DNA from: Candidatus Hydrogenedentota bacterium | GTDB taxonomy: Bacteria; UBA8481; J006 | Assembly (NCBI GenBank): GCA_003697085.1 | Contig: RFFU01000078.1 | Coordinates: forward strand, 3,152-67,151 | Direction: 5' to 3' | DNA length: 64,000 bases | Shown here: positions 45,976 to 54,000 of the stretch, in pieces | Position numbering within the stretch: position 1 is the stretch's first letter | How the letters are laid out: each line of letters starts with the position of its first letter | Translations under genes and position numbers: made by a program | The notes under the pieces: generated by a model | Database searches by the model: none | What the model was told of the DNA's origin: nothing | The model's input: only the letters and a program-made list of their open reading frames with translations

Positions 45976-47346
45976 TCAATCCCGCGGATCCGCTATATGA
46001 CCGGCCAGTGCCGAAGCCGCAACCGTCGCCGGAGATGCCAGAATAACCCGGGAATCGCGGTGCCCCATCCTCCCTGGAAAGTTCCGGTTCGTGGCGCTGA
46101 TGCACGTCATCGGTGAGTTGAGCCGACCGAAGGAATCTTCCGGACCCCCGAGGCAAGCGGCGCAAGAAGCGTTTTCCGTCATTCTCACGCCGGATTCCTC
46201 GAGAATCTCCCACACCGTCTTCTCCCCGAGTTGCGCTCTCTGAAGTTCTTCGACAACGCGCGGAGTTGCAGGAACTCCAAAGGTCGGAACCTTCACCTCC
46301 TTGCCCTTCACGATCCGGGCGAAGGCGAGAAAGTCACTCGTCTTTCCCCCCGTACAAGAACCTATGTATGCCCGGTCGATCTTGATGTCGGTTACTTCCC
46401 GCGCTTTCCGGCGGTTTCCTGGATTCGGGTGCAACGCCACCAAGGGTTCGAGCTCGGAAAGATCAATCCGATACTCCGCCTCCACCGGCGCTCCCAAATC
46501 CTGCTCCACCGGCTCGAACTCGCTCACCGTTCCCTCCGCCTCTGTTCTCTCCCTCACAAACGCCACCGTCGCTTCATCACACGGAAAGATTCCGTTCTTT
46601 CCCCCCGCTTCAATCGCCATATTCGCGATGGTCATCCGATCATCCATCGTCAAGCCGCCCACTCCCTCCCCGCCGTATTCCATTGCTTTGTAAGTGGCTC
46701 CGTCGAAACCGATCATACCGATAATATGGAGGATGACGTCTTTCGCCATCACGCCGGAAGGAAGTTCTCCATCGAGAAGAAAGCGCAACGTGGGTGGAAT
46801 CCGAAGAAGAATTCGACCGGTTCCGAGCACGAATCCCGCATCCGTATTGCCGATTCCCGTCGCGAACTCGTTGAAGGCCCCTGCCGTGCATGTGTGGGAA
46901 TCCGTCCCCAACAGAACCTCGCCCGGACGTGTGTGCCCGTGTTCGGGCAACGCAGAATGGCAGACACCCGCGTATCGCGAACCATATTGTCGCTTGAACG
47001 GCCCCTTTTCGGCTTTGTATCGCCACCGCCCCTCGGAATCGTCGATCACGTCGTAGAAATACCGTATTCCCTGTTCCTTCGCAAATTCCCGAAGAATATC
47101 CACATTTCGATTCGCCAGAGAATCCGTGGTAAAAATGTAATGGTCCGGAATCAGTACCACTCGGTTCGGATCCCATACCCTCGCTTCCTTTCCGAATTCT
47201 CTCCGGAAAACCCCGATCGTCCCCGGCCCGCAAACGTCGTGCGTCATCAAAACATCCACATTCACCCAGACATTCTCCCCCGGCCGCACCTCCGCACGTC
47301 CGGATTTCCGGCAAAGAATCTTCTCCGTTAGTGTCATCTTAGGCAT
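45976..47346 (-). CDS. leuC: 3-isopropylmalate dehydratase large subunit
   Basis: Motifs seen: MTLTEKIL, LLGTDSHTCTAGAF and YIGSCTGG. Confidence 0.92.
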   Translation of the reverse strand: MPKMTLTEKILCRKSGRAEVRPGENVWVNVDVLMTHDVCGPGTIGVFRREFGKEARVWDPNRVVLIPDHYIFTTDSLANRNVDILREFAKEQGIRYFYDVIDDSEGRWRYKAEKGPFKRQYGSRYAGVCHSALPEHGHTRPGEVLLGTDSHTCTAGAFNEFATGIGNTDAGFVLGTGRILLRIPPTLRFLLDGELPSGVMAKDVILHIIGMIGFDGATYKAMEYGGEGVGGLTMDDRMTIANMAIEAGGKNGIFPCDEATVAFVRERTEAEGTVSEFEPVEQDLGAPVEAEYRIDLSELEPLVALHPNPGNRRKAREVTDIKIDRAYIGSCTGGKTSDFLAFARIVKGKEVKVPTFGVPATPRVVEELQRAQLGEKTVWEILEESGVRMTENASCAACLGGPEDSFGRLNSPMTCISATNRNFPGRMGHRDSRVILASPATVAASALAGHIADPRD

Positions 47347-47675
47347 AAAATCTCCAACCGGCCTTTCCAGAGATTTCTCCTCTCGAGAAGAAACGCACCT
47401 CCCGTGAGAAGAAAAACATATTAGCAGAAGAAACGAAGGACTTCTTCCTTTTTTTGGCTCTTCGGAGGTATTTTTGGGTGAGGGATCGGTAAAATTCGAA
47501 CTCCGAAAGGAAACCTCGGATATTATGCATTCGCCTTTTTCTCTTTCCTACTTTCGCCCAGGGAAAGCCTTTTCTTCGGGGCTTACACTTCCTCTTCCTC
47601 TGTGACTTCTCGGTGTCCTCTGGGTTCTCAGTGGCTTCCTAATGCGAGTTGCAGAAGTTCCGCTGGGATTTATTT

Positions 47676-47691
47676 CGAATTTCGAAATTCG
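47676..47691. promoter_or_regulatory. Perfect 16-bp palindrome CGAATTTCGAAATTCG
   Basis: Read directly from the sequence. It lies about 330 nt upstream of the leuC start, in a 510-bp AT-rich spacer. Function unknown. Confidence 0.4.
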
Positions 47692-47856
47692 GATTTCTTG
47701 ATTTGCTTTCTCATACATCCCATTCATTGCCAAAGAGAGACAACCATCTCCCACCCGCCAATTTTACTGATGAATCCATTTTTCTTTTTCGTGGCCGAAA
47801 TCGTCGATCGCCGAGAAAACGGGTTTGAGGAAGAAAATTCCCCCTTTTGTCAACTG

Positions 47857-48927
47857 TTATCCGCGGCGTAACGCACCGTTCCAGGCTTTCAGAGGATTCA
47901 ACCGTCTTCCGCCGCGGATAACCTCCAAGTGCAGGTGCGGGCCGGTCGAAAGCCCTGTCGAACCAACGCGTGCAATCGGCTGCCCCCCCGCAACCCTCTG
48001 TCCCCGCTTCACCAGAATCTTCGAATTATGGGCGTAGCGGGTGATCGTTCCGTCCGCGTGGTGGATATCCACGAGATAACCATAACCGCGAACATAGCCG
48101 GCACGAATGACGCGGCCACCGCGGACCGCGTGGACGACTGTCCCCTTCGGCGCGGCGATATCGATTCCGGCGTGGAACCGCACCTTGTGTGTGATGGGAT
48201 GACGACGGTATCCGAACCGCGAACTCAACCTGCCGCCGCGAATCGGCCAATAGTACTTCACCGAGCCCTCCCGACCATGACCGGAGCGCGCCTTTGCCCC
48301 GGGAAGAAAGAGATACTGTCCCGCACGGACGTTTCCCGCATCCTTCAATCCGTTCGCCTCAACGACATCTCCGATCTTCACATGATAGTAACGAGCCAAA
48401 GTCCAAAGATTCTCTCCCCGCCGGAGGCGAATTCGGATTCCCTTTCGGTTCGGTACCTTCAATCTCTTTCCCGGCCTCAGCACCGTTGATCGGAGTCCAT
48501 TGACATTCATTATCGTGGCCACATCCACTCCATATTTCCGCGCGATTCGCCCCAACGACTCGCCTCTCTTCACCTTGTGAATCACCATTCGAACACGACG
48601 GGAGGTAGGTTGGTGGGCAGAAGAGGATTTCGTCTTTTTGGCTTTCTGTACGGGGGTCTTTTCCGCGTACCCCCCGCCCCAGTCTTCCTCCGGCTCCTCG
48701 GATTCCCGTCCTTCGATCAAATGGAATTCGACCTTCTTGAGAGCGTTGATCTCGAGTCCATCGCCCGCGGGATAGTCCAGATCCATTCCCGTCAACGCCA
48801 ACGCCGGTTCGAGCGGTGCCGGCTCCTCCCGCTTCGCAAACGATGACGCTCCCCGCGAAAAACTCAAAAGAACAGCGGCGACTCCCGCGAGAAAAAAGGC
48901 TTGCTTGAGAAGTGTATTCTGGTTCAA
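47857..48927 (-). CDS. M23-family metallopeptidase with two LysM domains
   Basis: LysM domains: HKVKRGESLGRIARKYGV and IRLRRGENLWTLARYYHV. M23 motifs: HAGIDIAAPKGT and GSTGLSTGPHLHLEV. Confidence 0.9.
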   Translation of the reverse strand: MNQNTLLKQAFFLAGVAAVLLSFSRGASSFAKREEPAPLEPALALTGMDLDYPAGDGLEINALKKVEFHLIEGRESEEPEEDWGGGYAEKTPVQKAKKTKSSSAHQPTSRRVRMVIHKVKRGESLGRIARKYGVDVATIMNVNGLRSTVLRPGKRLKVPNRKGIRIRLRRGENLWTLARYYHVKIGDVVEANGLKDAGNVRAGQYLFLPGAKARSGHGREGSVKYYWPIRGGRLSSRFGYRRHPITHKVRFHAGIDIAAPKGTVVHAVRGGRVIRAGYVRGYGYLVDIHHADGTITRYAHNSKILVKRGQRVAGGQPIARVGSTGLSTGPHLHLEVIRGGRRLNPLKAWNGALRRG

Positions 48928-49079
48928 ATCAGCGGCTCCACGCTCTCTTTTCTCGGGAACGTTCCGTTCTTGCCGTGCCGCTCCCTCTCTCCATTATGTC
49001 GGCACGGAAGAAGGTTGTCTTGAATGCGCGTCTTTTCTTTTCTTTTCAAAATTCGACTTTTGGATCGAGAAGTTCGGCG

Positions 49080-49760
49080 TTATTTTCTTCTCGGGCCGAA
49101 GAGCGCTGTACCGATCCTCACCATCGTCGCCCCCTCCTCGATCGCCACCTCGAAGTCGTTCGACATTCCCATTGAAAGCCCCTCGATCTCCCACTCGCGA
49201 GCCAAATCCCGCAAAAGAGCGAAATATTTTCGGCTCTCTTCCGCCTCCTCGGCAAACGGCGGAATCGTCATCAATCCGCACAAACGTATCTTCGTCGCTT
49301 CGCGCGCCGCACGGACGAGCGCCCCCAAACGGTCGGGAGGAACCCCCCCCTTCGTCTCTTCCCCGCCAACGTTAACCTCAAGGTAACATTCAACCGGCTC
49401 GGAAGCCCGCTTCTCAATCTCCCGAATCTCTTCCTCCCGACTGACAGATAATAAAGAACGACTATAGTTGAGAATTGTCCGTATCTTTCTTCGTTGAAGT
49501 CGGCCCTGGAAATGCCACCGCGCCGGTATAACGGAAGCCTTCTCTTCGAGTTCCGAGAGATAATTCTCACCGAAATCCTCGACCCCGGCATCTTTGAGGA
49601 CATGCACGGCCTCGACTCCATGCCCCTTGCTCACTGCGATCAACCGTACCGCATCCGGCGACCTGCCGGAACGTTCCGCCGCACGCCGAATCCGCTCCCG
49701 CACCATTTTCAAACGTTCCAACAACGCCGCGGTATCAATCTTTTCCTCAGTAGGGCTCAT
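49080..49760 (-). CDS. yggS: YggS-family pyridoxal-phosphate homeostasis protein
   Basis: Motifs seen: LIAVSKGHG (the PLP Lys) and LSMGMSNDFEVAIEEGATMVRIGTALFG. Confidence 0.88.
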   Translation of the reverse strand: MSPTEEKIDTAALLERLKMVRERIRRAAERSGRSPDAVRLIAVSKGHGVEAVHVLKDAGVEDFGENYLSELEEKASVIPARWHFQGRLQRRKIRTILNYSRSLLSVSREEEIREIEKRASEPVECYLEVNVGGEETKGGVPPDRLGALVRAAREATKIRLCGLMTIPPFAEEAEESRKYFALLRDLAREWEIEGLSMGMSNDFEVAIEEGATMVRIGTALFGPRRK

Positions 49761-50421
49761 CTTCGTTACACAAGGGAGCGGGATTTTGGAATCCGAGCCG
49801 GCGGCGTGTGTCCCTCAATTTTGCGACCTGTTCCGGGTTCAAGGCGTGCGGACCTCCCAGCGGCATTGAAGCGAGAAGAATTCGGGCGGCATGATCGAGC
49901 GATTCCATCTTGTAAAGCGCTTCGAAAAGGTCCGCGCCGACGGTGAGCGCGCCATGATTCTCGAGCAAAACGGCGTCGGCACCGCGAATGTATGGTTCGA
50001 TCGATTCCGGAACCTCTTCCGTCGAGGGTGTGGCGTAAGGCGCAAGCGGAATCGCTCCCAACGCAACAATGATCTCGGGTATGACACAACCGGTAATCCC
50101 GCGACCCGCCACGGCGAACGCCGTCGCATACGGCGGATGCGCGTGACAAATCGCCGCGACATCGGGACGAAGCCGGTACGTTGTCAGATGCATTCGGATC
50201 TCGGAAGAAGGCCGCTTTTTTCGTTCCCCGATTATTGTCCCGTCGAGGCGCATTTCCACGATGTCGCCGTCCTTCAAGAAGCCCTTTGCCACCCCGGACA
50301 CCGTGGCCAGGATTCTTCCGTTCTTCATTCGGATCGAAAGGTTGCCGTCGGTTCCGGAAACGAGTCCCCGTTGCCAAAGGCGTCTTCCCACTTCGATGAT
50401 GTCGCGGCGTGTCATAACCAT
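49747..50421 (-). CDS. Class II aldolase/adducin-family protein (FucA/MtnB-like)
   Basis: Motifs seen: SGTDGNLSIR and ICHAHPPYATAF. An alternative ATG at 50415 overlaps the manC stop as ATGA. Confidence 0.85.
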   Translation of the reverse strand: MVMTRRDIIEVGRRLWQRGLVSGTDGNLSIRMKNGRILATVSGVAKGFLKDGDIVEMRLDGTIIGERKKRPSSEIRMHLTTYRLRPDVAAICHAHPPYATAFAVAGRGITGCVIPEIIVALGAIPLAPYATPSTEEVPESIEPYIRGADAVLLENHGALTVGADLFEALYKMESLDHAARILLASMPLGGPHALNPEQVAKLRDTRRRLGFQNPAPLCNEDEPY

Positions 50422-51470
50422 TTTTCTTCTCCCCTCTCGCGCAACTTCTCCAGCACTTCCTTCACCCTCTGTTCCTCACCGCGCTTCATCACAAGGAGAA
50501 TCTCCTCGCGCCGAACGATGACGAGGTCCTCCACACCGATCGTGGCGACAAGCCCCTCGTCGGAATCCAGAACGAGATTTCGCGAATCGATCAGAAGCGT
50601 CGAGAAACCGGAGGAAGCCGTGACGTTGCCGTCCGCGTCCGGATCTCGCACGCGCCTCACCGCTTCCCAATCACCAAGGTCATCCCAGGGAAACATCCCC
50701 CGTACAACGCCCGTCCTTTCGCTCTTCTCCATAATGCCGCGATCCACGGAGATACTCGGGCATTCGGAAAAGCCGTCCAGCGAACCCGTAGTCCGATAAC
50801 GGCGACAAAATTCCGCCCACACGGGAAGATGTTCCTCGAGAAGCCCCTCGTACACCCCCGCACGCACGATGAAGATACCCGCGTTCCACAGAGCACCCTT
50901 GGCAAGGAGCTTCCTAGCCACTTCCTTCGCCGGTTTCTCCACGAACCGTTCGATTCTCCGAACCCGGTCCCTTCCCCCCAAGGGCTCACCGGGAATAATG
51001 TAGCCATATCCGGTCGCGGGTCGGTCGGGTTCCACTCCCAAAGCAAGAATAATTTCCTCGTTGCGGGCCGTTTCAACGGCTTCCGAGACGGCTTCACGAA
51101 AACGTTCCCCGTCCGGAATATGGTGGTCCGCCGGTAGGGCGATGAGGACATCTTCACTCGAAACACCCCGCATTCCAAGAACGATCGCCGGGGCCGTGGA
51201 ACGACCGCAGGGCTCCTCAATAACCTTCAACGTATTTGCCCAACCTGCCGCCGTAATGATCTCCCCGGCTCGGGGGGCGAGATCCGTTCCCGTAATGAGA
51301 ACACCCTTCCCGGCGATCTTCGAAATCCGCTTCCAGGTCTCCTCGAGAAAGGTCTTTCCATCCGGAGCCGAGAGAAACTGTTTCGGTCGCCTTCGCCGGG
51401 ACCATGGCCACAGCCGTTCTCCGCGCCCGCCTGCCAGGATGACCGCTACGATCTCACTCATCGTTCCCAC
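50412..51470 (-). CDS. manC: Mannose-1-phosphate guanylyltransferase
   Basis: It contains AVILAGGRGERLWPWSRRRRPKQFL. The 352-aa length implies no isomerase domain. Confidence 0.88.
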   Translation of the reverse strand: MGTMSEIVAVILAGGRGERLWPWSRRRRPKQFLSAPDGKTFLEETWKRISKIAGKGVLITGTDLAPRAGEIITAAGWANTLKVIEEPCGRSTAPAIVLGMRGVSSEDVLIALPADHHIPDGERFREAVSEAVETARNEEIILALGVEPDRPATGYGYIIPGEPLGGRDRVRRIERFVEKPAKEVARKLLAKGALWNAGIFIVRAGVYEGLLEEHLPVWAEFCRRYRTTGSLDGFSECPSISVDRGIMEKSERTGVVRGMFPWDDLGDWEAVRRVRDPDADGNVTASSGFSTLLIDSRNLVLDSDEGLVATIGVEDLVIVRREEILLVMKRGEEQRVKEVLEKLRERGEEKWL

Positions 51471-51981
51471 TCTTCCGATCGTGAAAGAATTTCAATGGAA
51501 AGAGACCCTCTCTCTCCTGTCCGCCTTTTTATCTTAGGCATTATTGACTCCTCCCGAAACAATAACCTTTTCTTCGCTCCAAAAAAAGGACGGAACAGGA
51601 CGTCCAGCCAAAAATCGCTCCCATTGTTCCGGAGTAGGGTTCGACTCGAATTGTGGCGTTATGGCGCCCTCTAACTCAAGAAGGCATTGTCCTCCACAAA
51701 ATGTTTTTCAGAAGGACCTCGATGACGGGCTGTCAAAACGGAAGGATAAAAAACCGAAGATTTTCCGAGGCGCTTTCCCGTGTCCTCTTCCTTTCTTCCC
51801 ACGTTCTGAGCGGCTGTTTTAAGCTAACCCAATAGTAATCAGCCGTTTTACCCCAAACCCGTAGAGAGGAGAGATCACACTCTCGTTCAAGAGGGAGAAA
51901 ACTGAAAGCCGCCACGCTCTTCCCACGAAACGTTTAACGTCACCGCATAAAATTTCCTGCAATGATGTCAGTCCAATCTTC

Positions 51982-53733
51982 TCAACAATCACGCGATATT
52001 TGCCGGCCGGTTTGTTCCTCCTCGAGACGCCGACGGACTTGCTCCACTTCGCGATAGTATTCGTTGTCCAAGTCGACGCCCTTCTGCGCCATAAGTGCAT
52101 AGAGAATCCTATCAAATCCCCAGCCGACGCACCCGGAACAGCGCCGAACATCGTTCGGAGCGGAAAGTTCGAACTCGAACCGCGAATAGAATACTTGTCC
52201 ATGGTTGTTAACGGAAACCGCCGCGATGCGTTTTCCGAGATGTGGTATGGTTAATCGAAACTCCATTTTCGATTCTTCCAGTAATTGGGCCGATTGCTTG
52301 ATCTTGGAATCCTCACCAAAAAACGGGTCGGCCGCGGTATAGATCCCAAAATCGAGATCGAGGATATCCCGAAACCACAACCGAGTTTTCTCCAGAATTT
52401 CTTCCAGTCGTTCCTTGCAGAAAGCGGCATCACCGACGACAACGATTTCCCGCATCCAGAAATTGCGAAGCCGATCGAGAATATCACCCTCGCTCTGTTC
52501 ATTTCGAAAACAATTCGAAGCCGAAGTAAAAATCAAACCATTATGAGGAACCCTTTTTTTCGCCAAAGAGCTAAATATGTGGTAGCATACTGTTGGACTC
52601 GCTAGACCTCTGAAATGGCTTTCGGGAAGCACGGATTGCACCGTAAGGGCTTGGTGTTTAAAGGAATTGAGATACTGGCTTCGTGCGGCATTGGTTTGGT
52701 CGAGAATCGCCGGAACCTTTACCTCTTTCGCTCCAAGTTCTTTTGCCATCTGAAGAATAAAAAAATCGAGAGTAGAGAAGAGTCGCGTCACCTTCGAGCC
52801 ATAGACCACCAACCCATCTCCCACCGGCCGGATTTCATCGTATTCCCGGAGAAGCCGTGGAAAATCCGATGTCTTCTTGACGGTCCCGACGTTTTCGTAT
52901 TTGACACGCGAACGCGCCGTTCGAAGCCATTTTCTCTGCTCCCTCGGCCGCGATAAAAAGGAGATCAGATAAAAGCGATCTTCTTTCAGTTTCTCGCCTA
53001 TGACGCGATCTATATCTCGCGCTCGGAAGAGCACCAATGGCGCTCCATGAAACGTCGTTCTGCGGGCCAAATCGCGGCGGACGAGTTCCTCTTCCAAATC
53101 CTGCCAGCTGTCATCTATGTCCAGTTCCCGATATCGAACGTAGTAACGGCTTTTGACTCGAAATTCCTCCGTACCGTCCTTGATCGGTCCCCAGAAATCC
53201 TTGTAATAACGATAGGGCACGCCATATTTTTCTTCCGAAGCATAGACGCACGTGGCCCCTTTTTGGATGGGTATCCCAAACATCAAGTAGAGAAAGTCGT
53301 GTTCGAACATCTTAGCGAAAAAGGACTTCGGTCCAAAACACTCGTAACTATCGATTCGCAACAATTCATCCGCGGCCGGACCCAAGCCCGCATAGGAGAA
53401 GATCGGATGGCGCGACCGCTTTACTCCCGGATAGCGACGAAAATAGTCGGTAAGCGCTCCGACCGTGGAGGGGGTCTCCGCGACATCATAAAGTTCGCCG
53501 GAACACGCCGAATATGTGAAGGTCGGCATCAATAACGTTCCGGCTCTTCCCACCGCAGCGATGAGCGTCTCAGTATAGACCCTGAACAGCGCCTCAACCC
53601 CCTCTTTCGCGACCAAAGGGCGTAAATCCTTGGGCACTCCGAAAGCGGAAGCATCGCTGTGCACCGCAACGACGTCTCCTTCTTTCAACCCCAAGCTTCT
53701 TAAAACGTCCAGAAGTTCTTCATATACCGTCAT
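51982..53733 (-). CDS. Fusion protein: N-terminal AAC(3)-family (Antibiotic_NAT-like) N-acyltransferase domain plus C-terminal truncated class-II aaRS-like domain resembling amino acid:[carrier protein] ligases
   Basis: N-terminal half: LRSLGLKEGDVVAVHSDASAFG, GTLLMPTFTYS, TPSTVGALTDYFRRYPGVKRSRHP. After a basic linker at about aa 256-300, the C-terminal half shows DGLVVYGSKVTRLFSTLD...VKVPAILD...SQYLNSFKHQ, class II motif 2 CFRNE...RLRNFWMREIVVVG, and motif 3 GCVGWGFDRILYAL. There is no tRNA-binding arm. Confidence 0.7.
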   Translation of the reverse strand: MTVYEELLDVLRSLGLKEGDVVAVHSDASAFGVPKDLRPLVAKEGVEALFRVYTETLIAAVGRAGTLLMPTFTYSACSGELYDVAETPSTVGALTDYFRRYPGVKRSRHPIFSYAGLGPAADELLRIDSYECFGPKSFFAKMFEHDFLYLMFGIPIQKGATCVYASEEKYGVPYRYYKDFWGPIKDGTEEFRVKSRYYVRYRELDIDDSWQDLEEELVRRDLARRTTFHGAPLVLFRARDIDRVIGEKLKEDRFYLISFLSRPREQRKWLRTARSRVKYENVGTVKKTSDFPRLLREYDEIRPVGDGLVVYGSKVTRLFSTLDFFILQMAKELGAKEVKVPAILDQTNAARSQYLNSFKHQALTVQSVLPESHFRGLASPTVCYHIFSSLAKKRVPHNGLIFTSASNCFRNEQSEGDILDRLRNFWMREIVVVGDAAFCKERLEEILEKTRLWFRDILDLDFGIYTAADPFFGEDSKIKQSAQLLEESKMEFRLTIPHLGKRIAAVSVNNHGQVFYSRFEFELSAPNDVRRCSGCVGWGFDRILYALMAQKGVDLDNEYYREVEQVRRRLEEEQTGRQISRDC

Positions 53734-53742
53734 ATTCTCGAT

Positions 53743-54000
53743 TCAGCCCGTTGCTCTCTCCACATAATCGACGAGGTCTGAAAATGTTCCTATCTCCCTG
53801 AACTCCTCCGGTCCGATTTCAATATCAAAACGCTCCTCAATCGCCATTAAATAGGTTAAATGCTTGAAAGAATCCCACCCTGGTAAATTTCTGATCTCCG
53901 TCGAAAGCGAATATTTCTCGATATCCGAAAGGTGGAATGGTAAAGTCGCCAAAACGTTTTTCAACTCCGCGAATATGTCGCTCGAATTCTGTTTCGTCAT
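53743..54000 (-). CDS. Phosphopantetheine-attachment carrier protein (DltC-like ACP)
   Basis: An 85-aa protein. LPGWDSFKHLTYLMAIEERFDIEI places the Ser in a DSF context, as in D-alanyl carrier proteins. The ATG overlaps the upstream stop (ATGA). Confidence 0.8.
   Translation of the reverse strand: MTKQNSSDIFAELKNVLATLPFHLSDIEKYSLSTEIRNLPGWDSFKHLTYLMAIEERFDIEIGPEEFREIGTFSDLVDYVERATG

Noticed and set aside
46231-47331. A 366-aa ORF on the plus strand
   Set aside because: It is antisense to leuC, which has a full set of aconitase-family motifs.
47735-47765. A T-box-like sequence (AATTGGCGGGTGGGAG on the minus strand) upstream of leuC
   Set aside because: It only loosely resembles the T-box consensus (…GGGTGGTACCGCG). 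I found no specifier-loop, AGAGA or GNUGGNA context.
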